The notes under the pieces are model-generated. The model worked only from the letters and a program-made list of their open reading frames with translations, did not search any database and was not told where the DNA came from. Of a DNA stretch of 64,000 bases, positions 44,401 to 53,353 are shown in pieces; position 1 is the first letter of the stretch; every line of letters begins with the position of its first letter. Origin of the DNA: an uncultured Acidobacteriota bacterium. GTDB taxonomy: Bacteria; Acidobacteriota; Polarisedimenticolia; J045. The translations under genes were made by a program, and so were the position numbers. The DNA lies in contig CAVPCQ010000017.1 of assembly GCA_963702425.1 (NCBI GenBank), positions 1-64,000 of the forward strand. The letters are read 5' to 3'.

Positions 44401-46333
44401 ATCGGGATAGGGAGGAAGCCTCACGGCTCCCCCCCTCCCACACCACCGCACGTACGGATCACGTATGCGGCGGTTCGGCGGATTCAGTAGTCGGGTCATC
44501 CCTCCACCAGACTCGGGAGCCCGAGCGCCGCGAAGTACCGCGCAGGCAGTGCGATCGCGAGTGCCGGGCTCTGACTCAAGCGCCACGGCCCGTGAGCTGA
44601 CTTGGCGGTATTCCAAGCCAGATCCCGAGAAATGCCCCGTTTCCTCAGTTCCCGGTAGCCCCGCCGACCCCATTGCTTCCAGTGGTAGCAGCGCAGCCGG
44701 CGCCGGATCCACTTGTCCAGATCGAGAAGGGGTGAGGTCACCTCGGCGAAGCCGTAGTACCCTCGCCAGCCTAGGAGGTTGGTCCTGAGCTCCTTCATGA
44801 TCTGACGCATCGTGCGTCCGCGCGTTCGACTCGTCAGCTCTCGCACCTTGGCCTTGAACGCCAGCAGAGACTTCGCGCTCACCTTCCGCCGGGGTGACCG
44901 GCCACGGGTAAACGTGAAGCCGAGAAACTTCCGGTTGGAGGGCCGGTCCACGGCGCTCTTGGCCTCGTTGACCGCGAGCTTGAGTCGGCGCTCCAGAAAA
45001 CGGGTGACACTGGCCTTCACGCGCTCGCCCGCACGACGACTCCGGACGTAGATGTTACCGTCGTCGGCGTAGCGGACGAAGCGGTGGCCGCGCCTCTCCA
45101 GTTCCTTGTCGAGGTCGTCCAGCAGCAGGTTCGCGAGCAGCGGCGAAAGTGGGCTGCCTTGCGGCGTCCCCTCCGCCGTCGGTTCCACCACCTTCTCCAG
45201 CGTGAACACTCCGGCCCTCAGGAACCGGTGGATCAACCGCACCACTCGGCGGTCTCGCACACGCGCCCGCACACGGCACAAGAGGACGTCGTGGTGGACC
45301 CGATCGAAGAACCGCTCCAGATCAAGGTCCACGACCCACGCGTACCCTTCCCGGATGTAGGTCTGCGCCTGCTCCACCGCCTGGTGCGCGCTGCGCCCCG
45401 GACGAAAGCCGTAGCTCGATTCCGAAAACGTGGGGTCCCAGTCCGCTTGCAGTACCTGCAGCAAGGCTTGCTCGACGAACCGGTCGAGAACCACCGGCAC
45501 TCCGAGATTTCGAGTACCTCCCCCAGCCTTCGCGATCTCGACTCGCCGTACAGGCTGGGGGTTGTAGGTACCCTCCAGCAGGGAGGTCCGGATGGCCGGC
45601 CAGTGTGCCTTGAGGTGGGGCGCTAAGCCATCCACGGTCATCCCGTCGATGCCCGGCGCTCCACGGTTGCGTCGGACCTGGCGGAGCGCACGCAGGAGAT
45701 TCTCCCTCTCCAGCACCCGCTCCATCAGGGCTGTCCCTCCCACCGGAGCGTCTTCTCCTCGTGTCCCAATCGCGGTTTCATCCCCCGGATTCGCCAGGGG
45801 CAGCAAGAGCTGCCTGCCGGATGCAGTACCGTCATTCGACACGATGGTGACTTCTCCCTTCCTTCAATCCCCTCGCGGGGCACCGTTCGGGCCTTCATCC
45901 CGCGGCGTTGCGGCTCGGCCTATCCGTTGCCCCGCCTTTCGGCTTTGGGGTGCCTCACTAGCCTCGCCTGCCTCGGGCCTACTACGCCCTCTGCTGACTT
46001 CTCCCGGCCGGTCGGCGTCGGTTGCCCGAAACCCAGTCCTTGCGGACGACCGGGAGATCTCCCAGGGTAAGACACAGATCGTTCCGCGCGTGGACGCCGG
46101 ATTTATAAAGCACACCCCGTTGCGGATGGAGGACTTCGCGGTCACGTGCCCGCTCGTCCCGGGTGCGCCACACCTCATATCCGGTTCCTGTTCGTCGCCC
46201 CGCGCGTTTTGGATTGGGCTTCCTCCAGACCCCAACTCGCGTTGACGCCCTTGCCCTTCTCCTTGCCTTCGGCTCCGCGATAACCTGGCACGGGGACTTC
46301 CACCCCGCTCGATCTGTGCCATGCCTGGCACAC
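44401..46333 (-). mobile_element. Complete class C group II intron inserted in an attC site
   Basis: 5' GTGTGCC at 46333; domain V/VI GAACCGCCGCATACGTGATCCGTACGTGCGGTGGTGTGGGAG; 3' end CCCGAT at 44401. Confidence 0.92.
44496..45842 (-). CDS. ltrA: Group II intron reverse transcriptase/maturase, no endonuclease domain
   Basis: GTPQGSPLSPLLAN, RYADD, FLGF, LLGWRGYY. Confidence 0.95.
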   Translation of the reverse strand: MSNDGTASGRQLLLPLANPGDETAIGTRGEDAPVGGTALMERVLERENLLRALRQVRRNRGAPGIDGMTVDGLAPHLKAHWPAIRTSLLEGTYNPQPVRRVEIAKAGGGTRNLGVPVVLDRFVEQALLQVLQADWDPTFSESSYGFRPGRSAHQAVEQAQTYIREGYAWVVDLDLERFFDRVHHDVLLCRVRARVRDRRVVRLIHRFLRAGVFTLEKVVEPTAEGTPQGSPLSPLLANLLLDDLDKELERRGHRFVRYADDGNIYVRSRRAGERVKASVTRFLERRLKLAVNEAKSAVDRPSNRKFLGFTFTRGRSPRRKVSAKSLLAFKAKVRELTSRTRGRTMRQIMKELRTNLLGWRGYYGFAEVTSPLLDLDKWIRRRLRCYHWKQWGRRGYRELRKRGISRDLAWNTAKSAHGPWRLSQSPALAIALPARYFAALGLPSLVEG

Positions 46334-46388
46334 ACGCCCAAGGTCAGCGGCGCGGCTTGTCCGCGTCCGCTGCAGCGCCTGGTTCGGC
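46334..46388 (-). other. attC site (about 60 bp when rejoined with 44396-44400)
   Basis: R'' GCCGAAC, L'' GCTGCAGC, L' GCTGACC, R' GT|TGGGC; R'' complements the cassette's own 5' core GTTCGGT at 6/7. Confidence 0.8.
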
Positions 46389-47369
46389 AGTTTCCCTGTC
46401 CTTGAGGATTGCCTGGATCTTCTCCACCACATCCGGTGATGGCAGGTTGCGCTGTCCCAGCACCAGAGATGCGAAGTTATCAGCCAATATCTCCTCGGGG
46501 TGAATGATGTATTCGGTGTTCTTGCCCACCTGCTCGAAGAATCCGGACACTTGCTGGATGTCCACGAGCATCGGCTTCGGGCCGTCGAACATCGGTGTGA
46601 CCTTGTACCCATCATTGGGCCGCTCAACCAGAAGCAACCGGAACTGAAGGTAGCTGAAGAACTCCCCACCACGGTCCACGGAGTACTTCTCAACGCTCGA
46701 AAACAGAATGGGAATAGCCCACTGTTCCTTGCCGGAGACGTTCACGCGGATGCAATGATCATTCTTCGGTGCGTCGGGGTTCGTGAGCTTTCGCGACTTC
46801 ATCTCCACTGGGAACTCAACCTCGCCGCACTTTACGAAGCCGATAGCGGCGTAGAGTGTCTCACGCAGACCAGGATTCGCTCTGGACATGATGTGAAAGA
46901 GTTCATGGGAAATAAGCTTCTGCAGACTGGCAACAGGTGCATTCAGAAGGCCAGTCGGCAGAACAATGGCATTGGCTCGGGTATACGCAGTTCCACCGTC
47001 TTCCTTTCCCGTGGTCTTGATGATCAACATCTCTTCCGGAAGCGGCAACGCCATCGCTTCAAGCGTTCTCTGCATGCCCTGCAAGGCGGAGTTGATCTTC
47101 TGCTTCTCTGCGTCGTTCCATTCGAGTACGTTCTTACCGACAAACTCCAGAAACTGGCCTTCCGAGACCTCCTTGTCTGTCTTCAGCCGTGCGGCACGGT
47201 CGAAAGGACTCATCCGCTCGACGAAATCATCACGGTTGGTCAGAAGTCGCTGACCTTCCGCGAGGGAAGCAAAGGAAAGCCTGACACCCCCGCGGCGTGC
47301 CACCTGCGCCATCACAGTCTTGGGGCCAATAAACAATAACGCCAAGACTGCGACGGACCTTGTATTCAT
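46344..47369 (-). CDS. Cassette-borne secreted HExxH (zincin-like) protein
   Basis: Signal peptide, AYTR, SHELFH, HPEEILADNF; ATG 11 bp after core site with RBS AAGGAG. Confidence 0.75.
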   Translation of the reverse strand: MNTRSVAVLALLFIGPKTVMAQVARRGGVRLSFASLAEGQRLLTNRDDFVERMSPFDRAARLKTDKEVSEGQFLEFVGKNVLEWNDAEKQKINSALQGMQRTLEAMALPLPEEMLIIKTTGKEDGGTAYTRANAIVLPTGLLNAPVASLQKLISHELFHIMSRANPGLRETLYAAIGFVKCGEVEFPVEMKSRKLTNPDAPKNDHCIRVNVSGKEQWAIPILFSSVEKYSVDRGGEFFSYLQFRLLLVERPNDGYKVTPMFDGPKPMLVDIQQVSGFFEQVGKNTEYIIHPEEILADNFASLVLGQRNLPSPDVVEKIQAILKDRETAEPGAAADADKPRR

Positions 47370-47380
47370 CTCATCTCCTT

Positions 47381-47457
47381 ACCGAACGCTGCGTTCAGCT
47401 GCGGGCGGCCCCGCGTCCGTTCCCGTCGCGATAGCCGCCGGGCCGCCCGACAGCTGC
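47381..47457 (-). other. attC site interrupted at L'' by IS1111-like element
   Basis: CAGCTG.CGGGCGGCCC...GGGCCGCCCGCAGCTGAAC-GCAGC-GTTCGGT stem. Confidence 0.7.
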
Positions 47458-47650
47458 TATGATGGAATAGACTCCTCCCGATGACTGAACGCGGCATCGA
47501 TCGTGCCAAAGTCATCGTGCACTGGGTGTACCGCCCAAGGAGAAGTCCACCATGGATTGTAGCGCATCGATCGCCGTAGACGTGGCCAAGTCGGTCTTCG
47601 AAGTCGCGGTGTCGACCCAGCCAGGCTGGGTCTCCGAACGGCACCGGCTA
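47458..47650 (+). mobile_element. IS110/IS1111-family left end and transposase N-terminus
   Basis: Subterminal ATAGACTCCTCCC, GGAGAAGTCCA before ATG 47552; IAVDVAKSVFEVA DEDD N-terminal motif. Confidence 0.75.
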
Positions 47651-48277
47651 ACCCCAATGCCGGTTAGTTTGGCCGAAGCCGGCGTCATGTCAGGGTTTCC
47701 GGCGGTAGCTGGACATCTTGACCTTGACCGCCCGCGGATAGCGTCGGGCGCCTCGTCGGGGTGGCAAGACGAGCAGCGCGGATTGGGCGTCGAGCTGCTC
47801 GAGACGCCGCGGGACGACGCCGGGGCTGGCGGCCCAGACGGTGAGCACCGCCCCTCGCCAGCGAGCGGCTCTCCCGGCTCGAGGACGGCCGCCTGCTCTA
47901 CCGGCTCAAGCGCCGCTGGCGCGACGGCACGACGGCGCTCGTCTTCGAGCCGCTCGAATTGATCGAGCGGCTCGCCGCGCTGGTCCCGCCGCCGCGCCGA
48001 CACCTCGTCCGCTATCACGGGGTCCTCGCCCCCGCCTCCGCGGCGCGCCCGTGGATCGTGCCCCAGCCGCCCACCGAGGACGGGATCCCCGCCGACGACC
48101 TCACTCCTAAGGCGTCACCCCCGGCCCCGGGTCCGGGCCCCACGCCGCCGGCTGACCGGCCTCCCGGCGCTCGGTCTCCCGACCCCGGCGGCCGCTACCT
48201 CTCCTGGGCCGAGTTACTGCGCCGAGTGTTGGACCGACCATCCAACTGCACCCGGCACCGCCGCTGCGGCGCGCCGG

Positions 48278-48562
48278 ATGCGGATCACGCATCCGTTTCA
48301 CCCGCTGCTGGGGCATGAGTTCGTCATCCTGGACGAGCGCCACAACCGCCACGGAGATCGCGTCTGGTACCGCGCTGAGGACGGGTCCGCGCAGACGGTG
48401 CCGCGCGGCTGGACGAGCCTGGCGGAGGCCGATCTCTTCGCGACGATTGCGGCCGGGCGGGCCTGGTTTCGGTGGGACGACCTGCGGCGGCTGGTGGCGT
48501 TGATCGAGGAGCTGCGGGAGGGGCTGGGCCCGGGGGACGCGGGGGGCGGGGGTGTCAAGTGA
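48278..48562 (+). CDS. DUF5372-like protein (N-terminus completed across attP)
   Basis: RITHPFHPLLG...VPRGWTSL...FRWDDLRRL. Confidence 0.75.
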   Translation: MRITHPFHPLLGHEFVILDERHNRHGDRVWYRAEDGSAQTVPRGWTSLAEADLFATIAAGRAWFRWDDLRRLVALIEELREGLGPGDAGGGGVK

Positions 48563-48739
48563 ATTTCGTCCATTTTGTCTGGAGTATTATGCTCGTAGGG
48601 GCAGGGGACGCCGCATCCGATGGGGCCTTGACCAGATCGATATTGCACAGAAGAGCGAAAGATGGCACTCGGCCCATGGACGCGGTTCTTGATGTGTATA
48701 TAATGGCCCTGACACACGGCGACGACCCAGGAGGAGACC

Positions 48740-49203
48740 ATGGCCGCACCGAGCGACGACTCCAAGCGCCGCGAGCTGGCCCGCGCGGGGCGCTGCACCC
48801 CCACGCCGCACAGGTCACGGATCCGCTCTTCGCGCGCGAGCCGTTCTTCGACCGCCGCGACGCGGTGCAGGTCAAGTACGAGATGCTGCGCAGCGTGCGA
48901 GCCGAGGGCCGTCCGGTGAGCCAGGCGGCGGCGCAGTTCGGCTTCTCGCGCCCGACCTTCTACGAGGCGCGAGCGGCCTTCGAGCGCGCCGGTCTGCCGG
49001 GTTTGCTGCCGGCGAAGAAAGGGCCGAAGCGCGCGCACAAGCTCTCGGCGGAGGTCCTGGCCTTCATCGACCGGCAGCTCGACGCCCGGCCGGCGCCGAC
49101 CATGGAGGCACTCAGCGCGCGGATCCACGAGCACTTCGGCCGGTCGGTCCATCCCCGCAGCATCCGGCGCGCCCTGCTGCGCCGCACAAAAAAAAACCCG
49201 TAG
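48740..49203 (+). CDS. HTH protein (apparent 1-bp indel in G run at 48787-48790)
   Basis: RBS AGGAGG + ATG 48740; FFDRRDAVQVKYEMLR..FGFSRPTFY..KKGPKRAHKL. Confidence 0.75.
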
Positions 49204-49490
49204 ACCCGCGCCCGCCGGGGTCCGGTCTCGCCGCGCACTACGAGCGACTGCGGGAGGGTGTGCTCGGCGGCGACCGCCGGCCGTCGATCGGCGAGACGAT
49301 CGTCCGTGGCCAGGGACTGTGGGCCTTCATCGCGCTCGCCGCGGCCGAGGCGCCGAGCGGCACGCCACCGCGCGTGGTCACGGGATCGAGCGGCGCTCTG
49401 CCGGCACCGGCGGTGGCCGAGCGGGGCGCGCTGCTCGCGGCGTGGGCCGAGCTCGTCGTCGCCGTCGTGCAGCGCCCGGAGGTCTCATGA
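49203..49490 (+). CDS. Small ORF, probably reached by -1 frameshift from the HTH gene
   Basis: Open -1 frame from the A9 run through HYERLREGVLGG to stop at 49490; ATGA overlap with recombinase. Confidence 0.6.
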   Translation, partial: DPRPPGSGLAAHYERLREGVLGGDRRPSIGETIVRGQGLWAFIALAAAEAPSGTPPRVVTGSSGALPAPAVAERGALLAAWAELVVAVVQRPEVS

Positions 49491-51580
49491 CCGAGGCCAC
49501 GCCACAGAAGGTCGCCGCGACCCACCTGGCGCGCCAGGCCTTCCTCTACGTCCGCCAGTCGACGCTGCGCCAGGTGGTCGAGAATCCGGAGAGCACGCGC
49601 CGGCAGTACGCGCTGCGCGAGCGGGCCAGCGCGCTGGGCTGGCGGGCCGAGCAGATCGTCGTGATCGACTGCGATCTCGGTCGTTCGGGCGCGACGGCCG
49701 AGCGCGAGGGCTTCCAGCGGCTGGTCGCCGAGGTCGGGATGGGGCGGGCCGGGATCGTGCTCGGTCTCGAGGTTTCCCGCCTGGCCCGCAACTCCACCGA
49801 CTGGCACCGCCTGCTCGAGATCTGCGCACTGACCGAGACGCTGATCCTCGACGAGGACGGCCTATACGATCCGACGCAGTACAACGACCGTTTGCTGCTC
49901 GGCTTGAAGGGCACGCTCTCGGAGGCCGAGCTGCACCTGCTGCGCGCGCGGATGCGCGGGGGTCTGCTGGCCAAGGCCCGCCGCGGCGAGCTGGGCCTCG
50001 GTCTGCCGGTCGGCCTGGTCTATGACGAGCTGGGGCGCGTCGTGCTGCATCCCGACGCGCAGGTGCGCGAGACCCTGGCGCTGTTCTTCCGCACCTTTCA
50101 GCGCACCGGGGCGGCTTGTGCGACGGTCAAGTATTTCTCGACGGAGCAGATCCCTTTCCCCGCGCCGACCCGCCCGGGGAGTCGCTCGGCGCAGGTCGTG
50201 TGGGGTCGGCTCAACCTCACGCGGGCCGTCAGCCTGCTGCACAACCCGCGCTACGCCGGGGCCTTCGCCTACGGCCGGCGCCGCGCGCGGCGGCAGCCCG
50301 ACGGCCGCTTCCAGACCACGCGGGTACCGCGCGACCAATGGCTCGTGCTGCGCCTCGAGGCGCACCCGGGCTACATCGCGTGGGACGAGTTCGAGCGCAA
50401 CCAGGAGCGGCTCGCGGCCTCGGCCCGGGCCTACGGGCTCGACCGCCGCGACGGCCCGCCGCGCGAAGGCCCGGCGCTGCTCCAGGGGCGCGTGCTCTGC
50501 GGCCGCTGCGGCGCGCGGATGACGGTCCGCTACCATCAGCGACGCGGCCAACTCGTGCCGGACTACGTCTGCTGTATCCGGACGCTGCAACACCGCGACC
50601 CGCCGTGCCAGGTCCTGCCCGGCGGCGCGGTCGACCGCGCGATCGGGCGTCTGATCGTCACGACGCTGACGCCCTTCGCCCTCGAGCTGACGCTCGCCGT
50701 CCAGGCCGAGCTCGAAACCCGCCTCGACGAGGCCGACCGGCTGCGCGGCCAACAGATCGAACGCGCCCTGCACGAGGCCGAACTGGCCCGACGCCGCTAC
50801 CTGCAGGTCGATCCGACGCATCGTCTCGTCGCCGCCTCGCTCGAGGCCGACTGGAATGACCGCCTGCGCGCGGTCGCCGAGACGCGCGAGCGCGTCGAGC
50901 ACCAGCGCGACGCCGACCGCGGCGCTTTCGACGAGCAGACCCGGCAGCGGATCCGCGACCTCGCCGCCGACGTCCCGGCCGTCTGGGACGATCCCGCCAC
51001 ACCGCCGCGCGAGCGCAAGCGGATCCTCGGTCTGCTGCTCGCGGACGTCACGCTGGCCCGGCAGGACGACGAGATCACGCTCGCGGTCCGCTTCCGCGGC
51101 GGCGCGACGACGACGCTTCGCGTCCCGCTCCGGATCGGTCCCTGGCGCGGGCGGAAGACCCATCCCCAGGTCGTCGCACGGGCCGCGACGCTGCTCGCCT
51201 CCCACACCGCCGGCGAGGTCGCCGCGCGACTCAACGCGGAGGGCTTCACCTCCGGGGCCGGCCTCCCTTTCAAGCCGGACACCGTCGAGTGGATGGGCCG
51301 GCACTACGGGCTGACCAGCCGACGCGACCATCTGCGCGCTGCCGGCCACCTCACCGCCGTCGAGCTCGCCGCACGGCTCCGCGTCAGCGTCGCCCGCGTC
51401 GGCTGCTGGCGCGCCGAAGGTCGGCTCACGGGAGCGCGCTGCAACCAGAAGGACTGGCTCTACGACCCGATCGAGCGGCAGTCAGCGTGGATCCGGGAGC
51501 GTGCGGCGTGCGAAGATCGACCCCTCGACAGGCCGCGCGAAAACCGCACGATCACAGCGGCGACACGGGGTGCAGTATGA
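49487..51580 (+). CDS. Large serine recombinase with zinc ribbon and C-terminal HTH
   Basis: YVRQST, SRLARN, LHNPRYAG, CGRCG; RBS GGAGG; stop lies inside attR. Confidence 0.93.
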   Translation: MTEATPQKVAATHLARQAFLYVRQSTLRQVVENPESTRRQYALRERASALGWRAEQIVVIDCDLGRSGATAEREGFQRLVAEVGMGRAGIVLGLEVSRLARNSTDWHRLLEICALTETLILDEDGLYDPTQYNDRLLLGLKGTLSEAELHLLRARMRGGLLAKARRGELGLGLPVGLVYDELGRVVLHPDAQVRETLALFFRTFQRTGAACATVKYFSTEQIPFPAPTRPGSRSAQVVWGRLNLTRAVSLLHNPRYAGAFAYGRRRARRQPDGRFQTTRVPRDQWLVLRLEAHPGYIAWDEFERNQERLAASARAYGLDRRDGPPREGPALLQGRVLCGRCGARMTVRYHQRRGQLVPDYVCCIRTLQHRDPPCQVLPGGAVDRAIGRLIVTTLTPFALELTLAVQAELETRLDEADRLRGQQIERALHEAELARRRYLQVDPTHRLVAASLEADWNDRLRAVAETRERVEHQRDADRGAFDEQTRQRIRDLAADVPAVWDDPATPPRERKRILGLLLADVTLARQDDEITLAVRFRGGATTTLRVPLRIGPWRGRKTHPQVVARAATLLASHTAGEVAARLNAEGFTSGAGLPFKPDTVEWMGRHYGLTSRRDHLRAAGHLTAVELAARLRVSVARVGCWRAEGRLTGARCNQKDWLYDPIERQSAWIRERAACEDRPLDRPRENRTITAATRGAV

Positions 51581-51984
51581 ATGACGCTCCTTCGCTCTGG
51601 ACGCCCTCCGCTGCCCGCGCTGCTCGTCCCGCATGAAGATCCTGGCCCAGATCCACCCGCCCGACACGACCCGCGCGATTCTCGACTGCCTCGGGCTGGC
51701 CTCTCGCGCCCCGCCCCGCGCGCCGGCCCGCGCCGAGCCCGACCCGCTCCCCTTTCCCGGGAACGCCGCCGCGGACTGAGCTCATCGACGAACGCCCGGG
51801 CCCTCGCGGGTCGTGCCAACCCGGAGGGCGGGACTCCGCCTCCGCGGCCGACCTCCGCGCGTCCCTTTCGGCCACTTCGCCGCGACGCGCAGCGCCCGAC
51901 CACGGCCGGCCCCCGCGACCCCTTCCCCGGCAGGCCCGCGGCTACGCTCTCCGCCTCAGAATCCGGCTTGAATCGCTTATCCTC

Positions 51985-52683
51985 ACGCCGCAGAAGGAGT
52001 ACAGCCCGACCGCCTACCATGTCTTCGGCCCCAAGCTCGTCGCGACCCGCGGGCGCTTCGAGGATCGTGCGCTCGAATCGCGCTGCCTCACGGAAGAGCT
52101 GGGGACGCGCCGATTGCGGGCCGACATCCCGATCAGTCTGCCGGCCAGCTTCAAGACCGAGGCCTTGGTACTCCGCAACCGGCTGCTCTCGTTCCGCTTC
52201 AAGACGTTCGGACGGGAGCACCGGCTGGAAGGCCTTTCCGACCCGGCGGTCGAGCCGCGCCTGAATCAGGTCCTCGTTCCGTTGCTCGCGGTCGTCTCGG
52301 ACGAGCGCACGCGCGAGGAACTGCGGCAGCTCGCCCGTCGCTTCAACGCCGAGCTGGTCGCCGATCGCGGCCAGGGCACCGAGGCCCAGGTCCTCGAGGT
52401 GATCCGTGACTTGCGGGCCGCGGGACAGCCCCTAGCGGTCAAGGACATCACGGCGTGGTTCTCGGACCGCCACGGCGAGGACTACGAGCGCAAGGTCACG
52501 CCGAAGTGGATCGGTGCCGTGATCCGCAACCGGCTGCACCTCAAGACCGAGCGCCGGCGTGACGGATTCACGCTCGCCGCGGGAACGGACGCCGTGCTCA
52601 GGCACCTGTTCGAGCGCTACGGGATCGCCGCCAGCGCAGTGGATCTTGACCACGACGCCGCGTCGGACTCCGAGCGCCCGTGA
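51985..52683 (+). pseudogene. C-terminal part of primase/helicase-associated replication protein
   Basis: VFGPKLVATR..DRALESRC and winged-helix-like tail; 5' end removed by IS91-like end; paralogous fragment at 58955-59277. Confidence 0.5.
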
Positions 52684-52810
52684 ACGTCGTGAACTTCGGG
52701 AGGGGCTGTGGCTCGCGGAAAACGCGAGCGTTCGCACCGCGAAGGTTAGCCAACGCCGGGCACCCATAGCCCCGGCGAACGTTCACAACGTGCACGACGT
52801 TCACGTTCAC
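52680..52810. repeat. Converging hexamer repeats GTGAAC/GTTCAC (ori-like)
   Basis: GTGAAC at 52680, 52689; GTTCAC/GTGCAC at 52781, 52790, 52799, 52805. Confidence 0.65.
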
Positions 52811-52968
52811 GGACGGCCTTCGTACCCAGTCGAGCGCCGGACTCCGGTTGGATTCAGGGCAACTCCGCGGCACGCCGCCGAGGAGTCCACTTACCGGGAG
52901 GGCTCGTCCATGACCGCCAGCCGCTCCTTCGCGTTCGCGAATCCGCCTGCCGCGGCGCGCTCGCACCA

Positions 52969-53330
52969 CTAGCGGGCCTCCGCGAGGTCCTTGGGAACAC
53001 CGAGCCCCTCCTCGAAGTGCTGTCCTGCGTAGTACTCCGCCAGCGCCGCCGCGTCGCCCGGATGCCCCGGGTCTACGCGCGCTCGCCGAAACCAACGGAT
53101 CGCCTCCTCGTCGTTCCTCGCGGTGCCCCAGCCGAGTGCGTACATCAACCCGAGATGATACTGAGACTCCGAATGACCCGGTTTCGCGAGGAGCCGCAAC
53201 CCACGCTCGGCGGTCGGGTAGTCTTCGATGTTCAGCGCGTCGATCGCACGGTGGTAGGTCGCCCGCGACCAGACACGGGCTCCCACGAACACACTACCGG
53301 CCGCGGTAACCGCTGCACACAGGATCAGGA
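52969..53330 (-). pseudogene. SEL1-repeat protein, truncated
   Basis: SQYHLGLMYALGWGTARNDEEAIRWFRRA; GLGVPKDLAEA. Confidence 0.7.
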
Positions 53331-53353
53331 CGCGGGTTTCCCGGCGTCGATCC

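Larger units (their letters stand above)
48229..51592 (+). mobile_element. Large-serine-recombinase integrative element B (about 3.36 kb)
   Basis: TT core at 48229-48230 and 51591-51592; attP arms match 17/23 as inverted repeat. Confidence 0.9.
47847..51984 (+). mobile_element. IS91-like 3' remnant interrupted by serine-recombinase element B
   Basis: ELIERLAALVPPPRRHLVRYHGVLAP; 48230 rejoins 51593; oriIS-like end at 51984. Confidence 0.85.

Noticed and set aside
44496-45842. RT as retron, DGR or defence RT
   Set aside because: Intron boundaries, domain V/VI and maturase region identify a group II intron
47650-47846. Possible IS4-like end CCAATGCCGGTTAG
   Set aside because: No partner end or ORF; too little support
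48553-48730. AT-richer spacer in element B as ncRNA
   Set aside because: Only a promoter-like TATAAT and a short GTGTCA/TGACAC pair; no convincing fold by eye
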